From: Balanoglossus misakiensis
Taxonomy: Eukaryota > Animalia > Hemichordata
DNA length: 64,000 nt
Direction: 5' to 3'
NCBI GenBank assembly: GCA_040954595.2
Contig: CM082580.2
Location: 10,952,390 to 11,016,389, forward strand
Every line of letters begins with the position of its first letter. Positions within the stretch are counted from its first letter, which is position 1. The notes below the pieces were generated by a model. The model was not told the origin of the DNA. It did not search any database and was given only the letters and a program-made list of their open reading frames with translations. A program made the translations under genes and the position numbers. Below, piece by piece: positions 50,601 to 64,000 of the stretch.

Positions 50601-51959
50601 TAAGAAACAGCGATTCTCAGAATTAGACCAGGTTTTCCGATCAATAAGTACCGCCATCTTCTGTTTTATCTAAATCGATGGGGACTGATAGTCAGGCAAT
50701 CTTGGATTCAGAAACATTTAGCGAGTTCACCTGTCATGCGCAGTAACCGGTTGACAGATTGGGCGCCTGCTAATAGAAATGCGATCGGCAGGTTGTAGAG
50801 GAAGACCAAACATGTACGTATATGAACCTCTTTACAGATCAGATGCCTTGAAAGGTTCACAAATCGACTGATACTACGCCGTGTATTTCGTTTTAGAAAA
50901 AGGACCCACCCGCGATTCTTTTGTTGTTGTGCATATCCAACACCCGATGCTGAGAAATCTCACTCGGTATAATTAGGGAGTCCACAGACAGTGGAGCCCG
51001 AAGGAGTCACAGTTGAATATAGAGGAAATAACAGCTCTGTTACCATGACAACAAATAGATGGAATGAAAAGGAGAGCAGCGACGCCAGTGGATATTTGGC
51101 GGGATTGAAATTATTTCATGGGTGCATAAATATTGGAAATGGCTTAAGTGAGATATCTTTTTAAAGCGGCCTTTTTGGCTGAGAAGTTGATATTCGATCG
51201 TTCCGCATGGCAGTGTATTGATGGAGATCGGAGGGACTGGTGAATTGATCGGTTTCAAATTGAATAACAAGAAGCGTGAAAACATTCTCTTTTTTTGTCA
51301 CTTTGACGATATCACGTCGGGCATCCTGTTATGTCGATCTTTCAAAGCGTCTTTTTCAAACGTTTTCACAAATCGTCGTCTGATCTATCGCGCCATTGCA
51401 GAAGTGGAACTTGTACCGAAAGCGGACTACATCCGGGTAGTTGTTAGCGAACTTTTTGTGTTGTCACGTCGTTATTATCAGTGAGACTTAGAGCACTTGC
51501 AGATACGAAACCGGGCATCCATAATGTTGAATAGATCAACACTAGTACTACTAGATTTCTGACAGGCTTATTAGAAAGACTGACATACATGTAGTTTCAA
51601 GTTGCGAACTGGTTTGCTGCAAAAATGAAATTACGAAACTTGGGATGATTAATGTCTAATTAAACAAGTATATGTTTGGTTCATTTTGGTAAATATACTT
51701 GTGAGTCATTATTATTTATCATTATTATTTATAAGTAATTTATCATAGGTAAATTTATTACCGCGCGAAGCGGAAAGTCCAATAGAACGAGTAAGCTCCC
51801 AAGAGGGGCTTATTTTAGTTCTGAATACATTATAAAATTATAACATTAATATTAGTAATACACGAATCTTGCCGTGGTCTATGCGCGTCTGACTGTATGT
51901 AGTGTGAAGTTAATGTTCAAGCAAGCAAGCGGACAAGCACATACTTGTCGCTGAGCAAT

Positions 51960-52000
51960 TAGACAGACAGACAGACAGACAGGCAGGCAGGCAGGCAGAG
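51960..52000. repeat. (AGAC)n(AGGC)n microsatellite
   Basis: agacagacagacagacagacaggcaggcaggcaggcagag. Confidence 0.9.
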
Positions 52001-54646
52001 ATATGAAAGCAGATGCTGGTGTCCAATCTCTTTCAATTCATGTATCTGCCGTTTTTTTCCACAGTGTTTAAAAATATTTATAGAAACACGTAGAGAATGC
52101 CATTGATTCTTTTGTACGTTGATCTTTAAATGGCGATGATGGAAAACTATTGTTGTCGGTTACTGGTGCTAATAGAGCACGATTGTGCGAGTGATGTGAT
52201 AGTGAGCCTTCCTTGTGCATTTTCCGGCGCGATGGGCGAAGGCAAAACGAACCCTTATTTACATGTCATAGAGAAAGGACAAATAAATGCGTTGAGTTGC
52301 ATGCAAAAGAGACCTCGCAGCGATCTAAATGAAACGACGAGAACGTGCACGGAAACGCAAATTGAAAACGGTGCCAAGGCATTACTTACAGTTGGCAGAC
52401 ACGAATGCAGTTTCATCTTTGGATCTTTATTGTCCTGTCTTATACTGCCTGAGTGAATCGTACGCACAGACGACCCACTTCTTTGGCAATTAACAAACTG
52501 TCTACTCAATAGATTGGTGATCAGGTCGCTGCATTGTGACTGTCGATTCACTGTGGTTGCAGATTAGGTGCTGAAATTGGGAGGCAAGTTAGCCTTGCAG
52601 ATGAAACGTTTGCGAGTAAGAAATCATTGTATAGACCTGAAAAACCCTCTTCCAAGTTGACTTGTTTGTCGCTAGAAATTAGTTTTACTGTGTGCAGGCA
52701 GCAATTTTATCAACAAAAATGGTCTAATTTGCCAGTAAATTTGTTCTGAAAAGTTGGAAGTGAATAAGTATATAAAGTGGTCGGCGTTAAAGCGACTACG
52801 TACCTTTCTCCATAGAGGCAATTATCTTAACTTTTGAACGGTTACCAAGCAACCATGTTGAACGGAAACGCGCAGTCGTGGCAAACATGCATGTGACTGG
52901 TGCTGCTTTGTAGCGAAGAATTACGGCACGTTAAGATGGAAATGGGAACATATGGGCCGCGGGAAAATATTTGTCGACGATTTTATGTAATAATACAGTA
53001 ATATTTCACCCTTTAAAAGTTAACCAGCCGTTGTAAGGGTGTGAGTGCGAGGGTTAATTAGTCGTTAACATGTAAGACCAGCAAGGTTCCAATCTGTCCT
53101 TCACCGTTGGAGGCGCGGTGTCCATGATCTCGTGTTGTCGGTTGCCAGGTTGCAGACGCGGTCACCATTTCAAACTGAGGCGGCGATGACAACCTGATCA
53201 ATTGGCAACCAGCTGGCCAGATGTAGAATTAATCGGATATTGGGAGAAGCGAGGGGAAAACGATGCCTGACATCGTGAAAAGTGTTTTGGTTCAATATAT
53301 TTAAATTGATCGCACTGCTGTTTGTTGTCGCGCATCAAAACAAACTGTAAGTTTTGGCATTATGCCCGATCAGATGAAACATTCTCTGTGAATGAATAAT
53401 AGGCCTAATAAGACCATCCATCGAATAGCAGTGTACAACCCTTTGGTTCACGCTGACCAAATCTTGGGGGTACCGCTCGAGGAAAAAAAACAACGTTGGC
53501 CTCCGAGTCAGAGAGATGAGACACGCATTCGAAGTTTTCGTACGATCGCGTCTCTAAATCTGACACTTTTAAAAAATATCCTATCTTGTTTTGTCGCTGT
53601 TATCTTGAAGGTTTTGTTTCATACAGTGGATTTTGATCCGTGATTGTGTTGTGCGATACTCATATTCGATTCCAGGAAAATATTTTCCTATCAGATTCTG
53701 ACAAACCCTTTACTCGGCAGTCATCTCATATTGTTTTCCCGTGACATCTCGCTAAATAGAAAGATCGAATGATTTGTTTTGTGTATGTGAAAAGAAACAC
53801 CGTTGAACATCGTGACGGTTAGTACTTGTAATAAATGAGGTATGTGTTGATGTGTAGTAAAACTTCATGAGCGCAACAGTGATCACAAAAGATTTACCGC
53901 TATATTCTTGTGGGCCTTAGTCCATTTGAAACTCCTTTCAACGTCTGTTTAGTTGTCTGGTTCCCTTGTTCGGCTTAATGTATCAGGACGACGTCTCAAT
54001 ACAGATAGATTCTACGGCAATTAATTACCCATCTCGTAAAATTTAACGATTTGCTAATTTTGGCCGTCCTTTTAAAACCATGTTTAAATGTTTCTACTAA
54101 ATAACAACTATCGGTGAAAGATCGATGGCGGTTTATGCCAGTCCAGGTCTGAAGGCCCGGCTCTGCTAACCACTAACGCCGCGACGATTCCAAATTATCC
54201 CCGTGGCATATTTGATTAAAATACCCGGGAATTTATTGATAACCTCGGAACCCGCGCCCGGATGTTTCATTAATACCGGATGTAGTGACATCGTATGCAA
54301 AAGTTGACTATTAATTTTGTCTTTTAATTAATTAAGTGAAAGTCATTACTGGCGCCGCTGTTTCTGATACCTTTATAATTAGTGACGCAATAGGTATTTA
54401 CTGGCGCGGCGTGAAGGATACCGGGACGACTATGGTAACTGTCGAATGTAGTTCGTCGTTTTCACCCACGACGTTTGGTGTCAAAATCGATTTTTAACCT
54501 TTTAAGTGTGCGCAGTAACTTTTCCCGGGTGCATAGGCGAGGCGTATAGTTGTCTTCTCTCATGAATGCTTTACGGCTTCAATTGACAGTTATCCACGGG
54601 CCGCCGATTTTTTTTTCATTCTGGCTTTGATTTTTTTGGCCTCTAG

Positions 54647-54854
54647 GTTTTCATCCCCTTGGTCCTGGTGATCTTGGCCGGAAGCATGGCGACGGACGAC
54701 CATCAGTCGATGCCGCAAATCCCGTGGGAATACTCGGAATCCATCCTTGACTACTACAAGTATGCGGAGTACTACGGATACAACCTCAGCATTCCCCTGG
54801 ACATGTGCCTGTTGATGTTCCAACTGGATCCCTACCTGGAGATCACCAACTCGA
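54647..54854 (+). CDS. second coding exon of a secreted or membrane protein; probable class B (secretin-family, CRH-receptor-like) GPCR N-terminus
   Basis: Strong acceptor (tttttttggcctctag|) and donor (A|GTGAGT). Marked C/G third-position bias. Encodes VFIPLVLVILAGSMATDDHQSMPQIPWEYSESILDYYKYAEYYGYNLSIPLDMCLLMFQLDPYLEITNS: hydrophobic signal core, NLS sequon, single Cys near the end. Phase 0 in, phase 1 out. Exon status is well supported; the family call is inference. Confidence 0.75.
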
Positions 54855-55745
54855 GTGAGTAAATTTCTTAATATATACGGTCCCCTGTGTCCAAGAAAAT
54901 ATTCGCCAACCATTGTTGAAAGGTATGGTAGGGGTTTAGTTAGCCTGGGCAATGGCAGTATGAACTCCACGCATGGTCAGGGCCACGGGCGCATTTGCCG
55001 TTGCTCGGTCAAGGTTGAGGCCACTAGCCTAACCTGCCACCCACGAGACCTGCCCTTTACTTCGTAATAGACAGTCGATTGCTCGGCCTTTGTCCTCGCA
55101 TACTGTCACGTCGACCTTGGGCTCTACCCGACGCTGTCAACTCGGGTCGGGGTAGGTGTTGGCCCTGTCAAAACGTTTAATCGACAGAACTGGTAATATC
55201 ATGTAACTTCCCTGTACAGTCAAAGGTCACAGACAGATCCACGTCGATACACACTGATACGTGCACACATCGTCCTCAACTTGCATTTGCGCATAAGTTG
55301 AGTTCCTTTGATTTGATTGCAAACGTCGGTATCGACCTTTGAAAACCTTGCTCGAGTCTCGTTTCCTTGTTGAACTATTTTTCAATTAACCGAATGTCAC
55401 TTTCGAAGACACGAATAATTTTTTGTGACCTCCTTTGCAAGGCGGGAGTTCCGAGAGAGCGACGGAAGGTATGCAAGTGATGCATTGTGTTTGGCTTCAT
55501 GGCACATTGAACCGTTACAATCCACGCGGATGGAACCCATATCATGGAGTCAGATAATATTGCGTAGATTCTATCTTTCCATAGCGAGAAAGGATCGTAA
55601 TTTAAATCAGACATCGGATTTCACCGATTTAACTGATCGTTTGTGAGTGTGCCATGTCGAATCTGAAATGTGAACACGGTTGGTAACATGGATGTTGAGG
55701 TATCAGCACTCACAATGCACGTTCTAAATTTCTCTCTCCCCAACC

Positions 55746-55778
55746 CTCTGTCTGTCTGTCTGTCTGTCTGTCTCTCAC
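55746..55778. repeat. (TCTG)n microsatellite
   Basis: ctctgtctgtctgtctgtctgtctgtctctc. Confidence 0.9.
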
Positions 55779-58700
55779 TCATACACGTAGTAATGAACTG
55801 GGTGACTGACAGCCTTAGTTTCGGATGACGGTGTATCATGTGTATATCTGTAACGATTGGCCTTTTAATGACGGATTATTCCCCATGATTGTGTTTGGTG
55901 ATGAATATACGATGGTACTGGAAAGCCAATCAGATGACAAACGCACACAGACGAAATAAGGCAGTGTAAATAACTGCGTTTTGGGTGAACAATTTGGCAC
56001 TTGCAAACCGTGTACGCTCAGACATGGCGCCAGTTAATTTCCAAATTGGCACACCCAAAGCCGCGTTAAGGTGTCCACACAGTGCAGTGATAACTTTAAC
56101 AACCCTCAGAGGGAATTGCTAGCTGTTTGCCTTGTGATATAACCGTGATTGAAAGCCACCCACTCAAAAACATGTCAGAATGCACAACGCACCACGTGCT
56201 ACAGCTGGAAATTTCAACCCCAGCAGTTCATGTATCCAACGCGAACTCGTTCATGACGACATCTTTGGTGAATTCGCAGATCGTTGGTAAAATATGACAA
56301 TACTGACAGTGTACAGTATTTTGGTTTTTCATTATGTACGCGTTTCATTTATAGGCCAATTTCACGACCCCTACATGACCTTTCATCCTCGTACTTCCGT
56401 TGGTATGAACGCATCAGGTTGACTATTACCTTTTTAAAAACTCTAAAATGGCGGCTGAAGTTAATAAATCATGGAATAAATTACAAAAGTGACCCTTTTT
56501 CAAGCAACATTTTAATCGTTTCTTGTCACAAAATGCTGAATTCTAACAACCCCGTACCACCGGAAGTACGAGGATGCGGGTCGAAAGAAACTTTAAACTT
56601 TTTATCGGGCTTTAAATTAAGTATCATCTGATGTTCCACACACAAGCTGTGATGTTAGTTTTGTTGTGCAAGCACTAATCATACTGTCATCAAACGCTAA
56701 ATACTCGGCGCCGTTTTCATGATATCATCCCACTTGTTATTCAAATCGCCATTATTATGCAAAACAGGCAAACCGTGTTATTTTCAATTTCAGCGCTGTT
56801 TGCATTTCCTGTTATTACTTTTCCCTCCAAAAAGAAACCTAATTTGTTAACGCATTTCAATGAATGGAAACAACAAGTTTCTACAGCTACAGGGAAGTAA
56901 TAATGTTGTTCCTTGTGGATTCAAAACGATCAAATAAATTGATCTGGAAAAAACCTGTTCTTGTTCGTTCTTCAATTTGATTAAAGTCACTCGACTGGCG
57001 CGGTTCACGATATTGGTCTGCCGGTGCTACTTGTGTTAAACCACGACTGATTAGAACATGTCTTCAATTTATGAAACCGAAGATAGAAAACTTCAGGGTA
57101 AAACATATTAAAAGCTTTCAAACCGTTTCACGTTTCATACATTCAAGTTTGTGAACAGGGACTGTATTTATATTGCATGAAAATATGGAAGGTATGGCGA
57201 CCGATATGTTACGGTCTACTGCAGCACTTCCTTGCTGGCCAACAGTGCTAGAATTTTGTTATTTTAATTGTACGCCAGATCAGCCGAATAGTCTGCGTTT
57301 AAATGCCTTTTAAACATGTCACATTGATTTCGAGCGGCCATCTTCACGACAGTTTCTCCCGCTCTTGCGCATTTCATTATCTTCTTCCAAAGCCTTGCAC
57401 TGCACTCGATGCAGCACTCATCTGAACGCATTAGCACCAACGGGCCTTGTGAGTGTCCATCATTTTTGTTGTTGTCGGAACCATCGAGACAGTTTCTACA
57501 TCTTCCATACCAAGGGGAAATACACAAGTTTCTCTATGAAGTGTTTGCTGCCATAGTAACGGATCACGGGAATATTCAGTAGTGTGTCTCAGTAACATCT
57601 TCCATGATGCCCCCTAATTAGGCCGATGTCTAGAGCTGCGCAGATATTAAATGTTACGTGGACAAGACTGTAAGAGCGGTGGTTATTGAGTCTAATGATC
57701 CTAATCTTACGACAGAGAACGATCTTCGTCACAGGAAGTATAATTCAAGTCATAACGGTCGGTCGATCGATTGTCCCTCAGCCGCGGATCTAATTCTGGG
57801 CCTTCTGGATTGGGTTGTGTGCGTGCGTGCGTGCGTGTGTGTGTCCACTGCCATTACTCAGACACTCAAACTTAGCCAGTGTAATGCAAATACTTGAGAC
57901 CATAAAGTTTGTGCAAAGCGAATGTACGATGTATGATGTGCATATGTACACTATCAGCGGCGGCTCTGACATTGATAACTACTTACGTGCTAAATTTATA
58001 GATAGCATCGTCTGTAAGTCGACTTCATATTGCGACTGTTATGGCTTTAAGGGATAGGCCTATATTAAAACTGCACAGAACAGTGATAAGAGGCTTATTA
58101 CACTGAATTATTTCTCTCGCACTGAAAAAGAAAGTGGGCTTTTCTTTGAATAGCTGTCAAATTTACTTTAGAACCCATTGATAATATGTCAACGAGAGGG
58201 AGGGGATGAGATATGGAGGGATGGCGGGAAGGGGAGGGGGATCCCCAGATAACAAGAGCATGGGAAGACATAATGCAAGTAGACGTCGTTTTAATTACAG
58301 AATGTGATTTCTAGGCATAAAACATTAATAACTTATTCATTGCAATCCCATGATTTGAGTATGATGCCTTCCTTTCTCTATAGCTAGGATAGGTAATAGT
58401 CGATTGAACAATTTACGTCGCAGTGTAATTGGCACTGACAGGTTAATGAGGATTCGCATTTGAATGCAAGCTTTAATACCCCGTAAAACAGCAGTCAGGG
58501 AGAGTCAAATCATTTGCCGAGTGCACGGAATGGAAGTTACATCCACGAGATAATCAGACGGACAGCAACAGAAGACTAGAGAGATGTATATATTATCACA
58601 GTGTGTGCACGAGCATGCGCATTTCTGTATCTCTAAAGCAGTCTGACTTAGGTCGAAAGAGAGGCTTACATGTACACCTACGTGTACTTACCTGCCTGTA

Positions 58701-61700
58701 TGTTTCTTTGTCTCGATCTGTCAATGCATAACTTTCAGTGTTATTTCTCTCTGTTTGTGATTTGCCTGCTTCTATGTGGTCGGTTTTGCATCCGTCTTTT
58801 GGGTGATGTGCTTAATCCAGCGTCTCCGCATTTCATTCGACAGTTACCTTTCATCATGGCAGTTTTCCAATCTCGCGTCAAGTACAGCTGCTTCGGTGAA
58901 CGTGGCATTATTTTGAATTCACGGTCAATTTGTGCGGCGGAGGGAATCGATTTGATATCACATCTATTCTTCGACGTTTCTCACCGAGCATTTTCGGTCA
59001 TTGCGTGAGGGCATTGATCTGTAAGGACGCGTGTACAGTCCCATCGGTTGCGATCTCTGTTCTAAAATTTGTTTACTGACAACTTATCCAGCATCATTTC
59101 CTTATGAGGTCCATCAAACATGGCGGACTAGCCGCCATTTTGTACAAAGCCCAGAGCCCGAAGAGCAATGAAAAAATCCAGAGGAAATATTCGTTATATA
59201 TCATTTGCCGACTTCAATTATTGCAACGCCAATGATCTGTTCACACGTAGTCAAACTTTGTGGGTTTTTCTTCTTAAATTAATATACAGAAACAAAGAGA
59301 AATCAACAATTTCTTGTAACCATAGACCGTCGATACTGTCTTTGTTTCTGACGTCTTTGTAAATATTTCGAGATCTTACTCGGGGAGATGGGGTACATTT
59401 TAAAATTCTATAGGCTCGTTCGTCGGTGTGCTTAGGGCGACCGCAGATCCATCGACATGAAGATCTAAAAGCATTTGAAGTATCTAGGGGCTGTGCCTGT
59501 TTTTCGAGTTCGCGGCGTCCGTGTATGACTGCCAGCGATATCTCCTCAGAGAGATAATCGCTATGAAAGAAATAATTGTTTACGTGCTGTTTGATTCTCA
59601 AACTTTATTTTCTTCAGAATTGAGAATCGTCCAATAATGATCAAATCATAGTTTTGAAATGACAATTGCGTACGAATATGTATATGATTGAATGAGGTAC
59701 ATAAAATAATGAAGAAGAAAAGACACTGTGACAAAACAACACAACACAACACAACAGTCAACTCCAGATATCCAGTTTATGAAGGTTGTACGACAGGGAT
59801 AGAAAAGATGTTCCAGATTAAACAGGGTTTGATTCGGCCAGCTATCACTGTAGAACTAAATCATGTCTATAAACAGACTGGAAAATTTCAATCATATTGT
59901 CAATAACAAAGAGGATACAAAATCAATTGCAGCCCTTAACAGTATATTCCAACCTCTTCATTGTAAGCGCAATAACGCCATATAACCTAAATGTGAAAAT
60001 AATCCGCACAAAGTGAAAATAGCTTATAATATCTGATACACCGAGTGCGCCGGGTTGAATTACAAATGGACCCATATCACCACATGAATAAATAAAATCG
60101 AAACAAAAAACAATTCACGAGTCAAATTGAAAAAAATACAACTTCGGGCGGTTCTTTGCCACCATGTAACACATGCACGCGTATATTGTACCCCCGTGGC
60201 CAGAAATCTGCGCAAGAAATTGATTCACCACTGGACGAATGTTCTGGCGATATTCCCTTCTCAACTCTTGTATCTTGTCTCATGCAACGTTTAATGCATT
60301 CATTGGAATCAGATTCGTGAGATTAGTTTATTGATACACCACGTGACTCACTGAGCCTGTCGAACTACCGCGCACGCGTACTAATGTGTGCTGTGGGTAC
60401 CAGTTTTCTACCCTTTGATTCTACTCAACGACAGAGGTTCGAGTAAATTATTCAAAATGCAGGAATTGAAATATTGCTGTGAGGTTATTCGTGGCGACTA
60501 CCTGCCAAACGCGCGCGCGACGAGTTTCTCACATTACGGCGCATTTTACCAATACTGTCTTGAGTGTTAGTAGTATCCAGGCAACCCTGGATTTGGGCGC
60601 AGTTGAGGTACCCTGGATATGCGAAAATTAAAGGCAGTGGAAATTTTGCAACAAGTGCCAAGAGCGATGGGAATTTATGAGGCGTTGAGGAACAATCAGA
60701 AACTGAATGATCGTTTGCTGAGGGGTTGGGTCCTTTGATCTAGAGGTGTAAAGTGCTGAAGGCCTCATTTTCCCTGAAATATTCTCCTGAATAAACGACG
60801 TTATTCCCCACACGTTTGCGCTGCTCTGTCAGCATAAAATACGTGGCATGCGTGTGAAAGGAGGGCCGATCTCGAGATGGTTTAGCTGTATCCTACAGTC
60901 ACGTGATAACCATGTTCTTGATATTGAATTTGAGGTATTTACTATGTCTGGGCACAAATAGAGGTGCTATATTACTCCACTTGATAATGAACGTCAGGAA
61001 GACACAGAGCGGTCCTGTGAGTTGGTCTGCGTTGAGGATGATGCTGTTGGAAATAAAAGTAATTCCTTGCACGAAAGACACATCGACGATTGCTATGCGT
61101 CGGAAACGGTGTCTTCAATTAACGTTATCTCAGCTCGCTATCTTTATTGCACAGACTACATGTATGTCGTGACTGACAGACAAGATCAACGTTACCAGGT
61201 TTATTAAAATTCGCGAAGATCTCGAAAGTTTGTATCGGTTGCTAGGATACCAGAGTAATAGATAACGCGGCGCGTTTACATGGGTAGAAAACATGCTACG
61301 ATTTCTCGTGCAGCTAGGGCGCCCTGCATCGGAAAATTTGATATCATAATACTTCAGAATGGTCACCGAACTCTCCCCACAGGCAAAAGTAGTTAAACAT
61401 GATATATGATGCCAGTAATAACCGACGTAGAAAGAGAGTTGTGTTTCTCCCATAGGGCAAGGCAGATTTCGTGTATTTCAATTTTAATGGTCGCCATTTA
61501 TGTCAGAAGTTAGCAATATAAGTGTGTTAAGTCTACAGGACACGACTAATTTGATCGCAAAAACGTCATTCCGTACACTGCAAATAAACCATCCTTCATT
61601 TGATTATATTTCTAACGACTACAGTAGGGTGCTATTGTTTTGTCATAGTGTCTTATGGGGGACTGTTTTTGGAAAGTAAGTCACGTGTCACATTGAAAGT

Positions 61701-64000
61701 AGCCCCTTGGCAGATATAATATCACGTGATCATAAAGCCAAGGAATCCTTCGGTAAACGGCATCTTATGGACATCGCTGAGTTGTCATGGAAACAAAGTA
61801 TTTGGGTCGTATGAGCACGAATATCAGAAAATAATCCCACCTTTTGCATCAATCCGTCAATTAAAGGCTCCTTAGTTTGTGCCAGCTTACCACTGTGCAA
61901 TTTGCGGCCATAAAAACAGCCGCTGATTGATACACCTTTTAAAAGGTATTTTTTGATTAATTTAAGATATTGATGGGGATGGTAACCCTTGATTTGGGGG
62001 GGGTGACTGTGCCGTGACGTCATTCCAGGAATTAATCTCTACCTGTGCAATTCACCCGCCGTTGCAGCTGCTCCGCGTGCATTTGGCTCACGATACACCG
62101 AGTCGTGTCACCTTTGTGTTACAAGGGGACGTTTTGATCAAAGTAAATATATTTATACTGTGACTGATGTTTACGTCCCATTCCATTCAGAATTGGAAAC
62201 TGGCAAATACTGGTAGTTTGGTTTGAAACTCCGATCCACATTCAACCACAACCGGTTGGACATGTTAATTTTGCAGATTTTCACTTTTGTGGCAGTTATT
62301 ATTGCCTAGTTTGACACTCAATATTCACTTGTCCCCTTGAGACAGACATTTTGAAGCTTTATCATTTTAGTTGTGTCATGCACATAAACCATACGTCTCG
62401 TCACTATCTCCCTCGAGAGTGTTCAAAATTATAAGTTAAATCAGGTGCAGACAAAACAGATCAACGTCAGGTTAATTGAGTAAACAAAGAAACGTGCGAA
62501 CGACCACAAAACCTAAAATAAATGACGGTGACGATCAACGACGACAATAATGGACATAATATTAGTTTGGAATTAACCCCTGAAGAACAACTTTCGGAAC
62601 GAACACGTTCACCTACATAGCAGTATTAAATTTAGAATGAGAGAAAATCGTTATTACACCCAGCGTGTGATTGGAATTCTGGGGACGTGAACTATACCTA
62701 CATGTATGTACTATTAGAATCAGGGGTTAGCACAATCTAGTTCGCACCCGGCCTCAGGTTACTTTCTGTGCCATTCGAACCAAAGCGGCATGAGAACAGA
62801 CATCTACGAATGACCCTGGCGCAATCGCTGGCATCTTCTTCACATTAAATTTCCGTAATGCTGTCGGCCTGTCGAGTACGATCAAGTTCTATCTAAAGTG
62901 GATGATACGTGTGGCAACGTAATATTACAAGTACTGTCGCGAGAATGATTCACATCGAAATGATGTCCTGTAATTTATAAATTAAGTGATTCCTCAAAAC
63001 TTTACGTGGTATGCAACGAAAAACATTCGAGTTCCCGGAACTGACAGAACGATCCATTCCGACCTAAATAAGGATTCTGAGAACTATGTGTATGCATGAT
63101 ACCTTTTTGCTGGATAAAGTAAAACCGGGGTTCACTCGGTAGCAGAGCTTTGTATACATGAAGCTACAGGTGGCGATTTCGATTGCTTTTTAATCTTGTG
63201 AATTTGCATTGTACAGGTGTCGGCGTCTTTGACACTTATCGGCAGTTTCCCCCAGGAGAACGGTTCGTCTCTCGTACATTTCATCAGAACCATCCCACAG
63301 GAACAGGTTCGCCCCACAAACATCGAACCTTTGAGTGGGTTCCTTCACCGATCTTTAATTGGATCTGCTTTCAAATAGGGACCAAAGATCAAATGCTGTA
63401 TCAGGGAGGAGGTTTGGCGTGACAGAAGAAGTCGGTTGGGTCTTTAGATTAGGCACTGCTCGTTTGGTGTAACGTGTTAAAAATCATGGTAAATCATGGA
63501 CATTGTATTGACCAAAATCGTCCAAAATCAAGGAAATCTTCATACAAAAAAGTTTTCATTTCTCTCCAGAATAGCACAAACTATATATGGGGTGATAAAT
63601 GCATGGATATATGTGAAAATCAGTTTGAAAATCTCCTCATTGAATTGCATTTAACCTTCGGCTAATTTATCCACCCTCGCATTCGTCTTTGACAGGAAGG
63701 TTAATTATTTTCACACTCAGCCGATGCATTACAGAAAAGAAAAATTGGAGTTCGGTTTCATTCTATGACAGGTAGATTTGAAAGATTGCAATTGGATTAC
63801 TTACTGGGGCAGAAAGCTATCTCGGTGATAAAATCGACAAGCATATCTAACCGTCCCTGTTGGGTACTTGTGCCCATGTACTGGCCACTTGGGTTTTCTG
63901 AGCAGAATGATGGTCGTCGAGACGGAGACCCCCCGGGGATGCGAATGTCCGTGGAACTAATTACCCCAAAGATTTAATGAAGGGACGAAGAGAAATCTTA

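Noticed and set aside
57264-57527. Cys-containing minus ORF with CLDGSD (LDLa-like)
   Set aside because: Cys spacing does not fit LDLa and no splice sites frame it.
63217-63422. Candidate third exon of the receptor-like gene (ttgtacag|GT, phase 1 compatible)
   Set aside because: The translation lacks the Cys/Trp/Asp pattern of the hormone-binding domain, shows no codon bias and has no strong donor.

Overview
Eukaryotic (animal) genomic DNA, not prokaryotic. It has an AT-rich background, GT-AG introns, microsatellites and degenerate MITE/SINE relics. The abundance of TACATGTA and TGACGTCA words suggests a marine invertebrate deuterostome such as a hemichordate, echinoderm or amphioxus (inference only). 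Three genes are supported, all on the + strand: (1) the last seven coding exons of the tRNA m5C methyltransferase NSUN6 (1-3467); (2) an intronless, GC-rich ASMT/HIOMT-family O-methyltransferase (10468-11553) with a CCAAT/TATA promoter, in which two catalytic-site carboxylates are replaced by amides; (3) the first two coding exons (33814-33867 and 54647-54854, split by a 20.8-kb intron) of a secreted or membrane protein whose exon phases and content resemble a class B (CRH/DH44/PDF/calcitonin-type) GPCR, continuing beyond the window. A weaker chain of phase-compatible minus-strand exon candidates lies at 15.6-18.0 kb. Nearly all other ORFs in the track look spurious.
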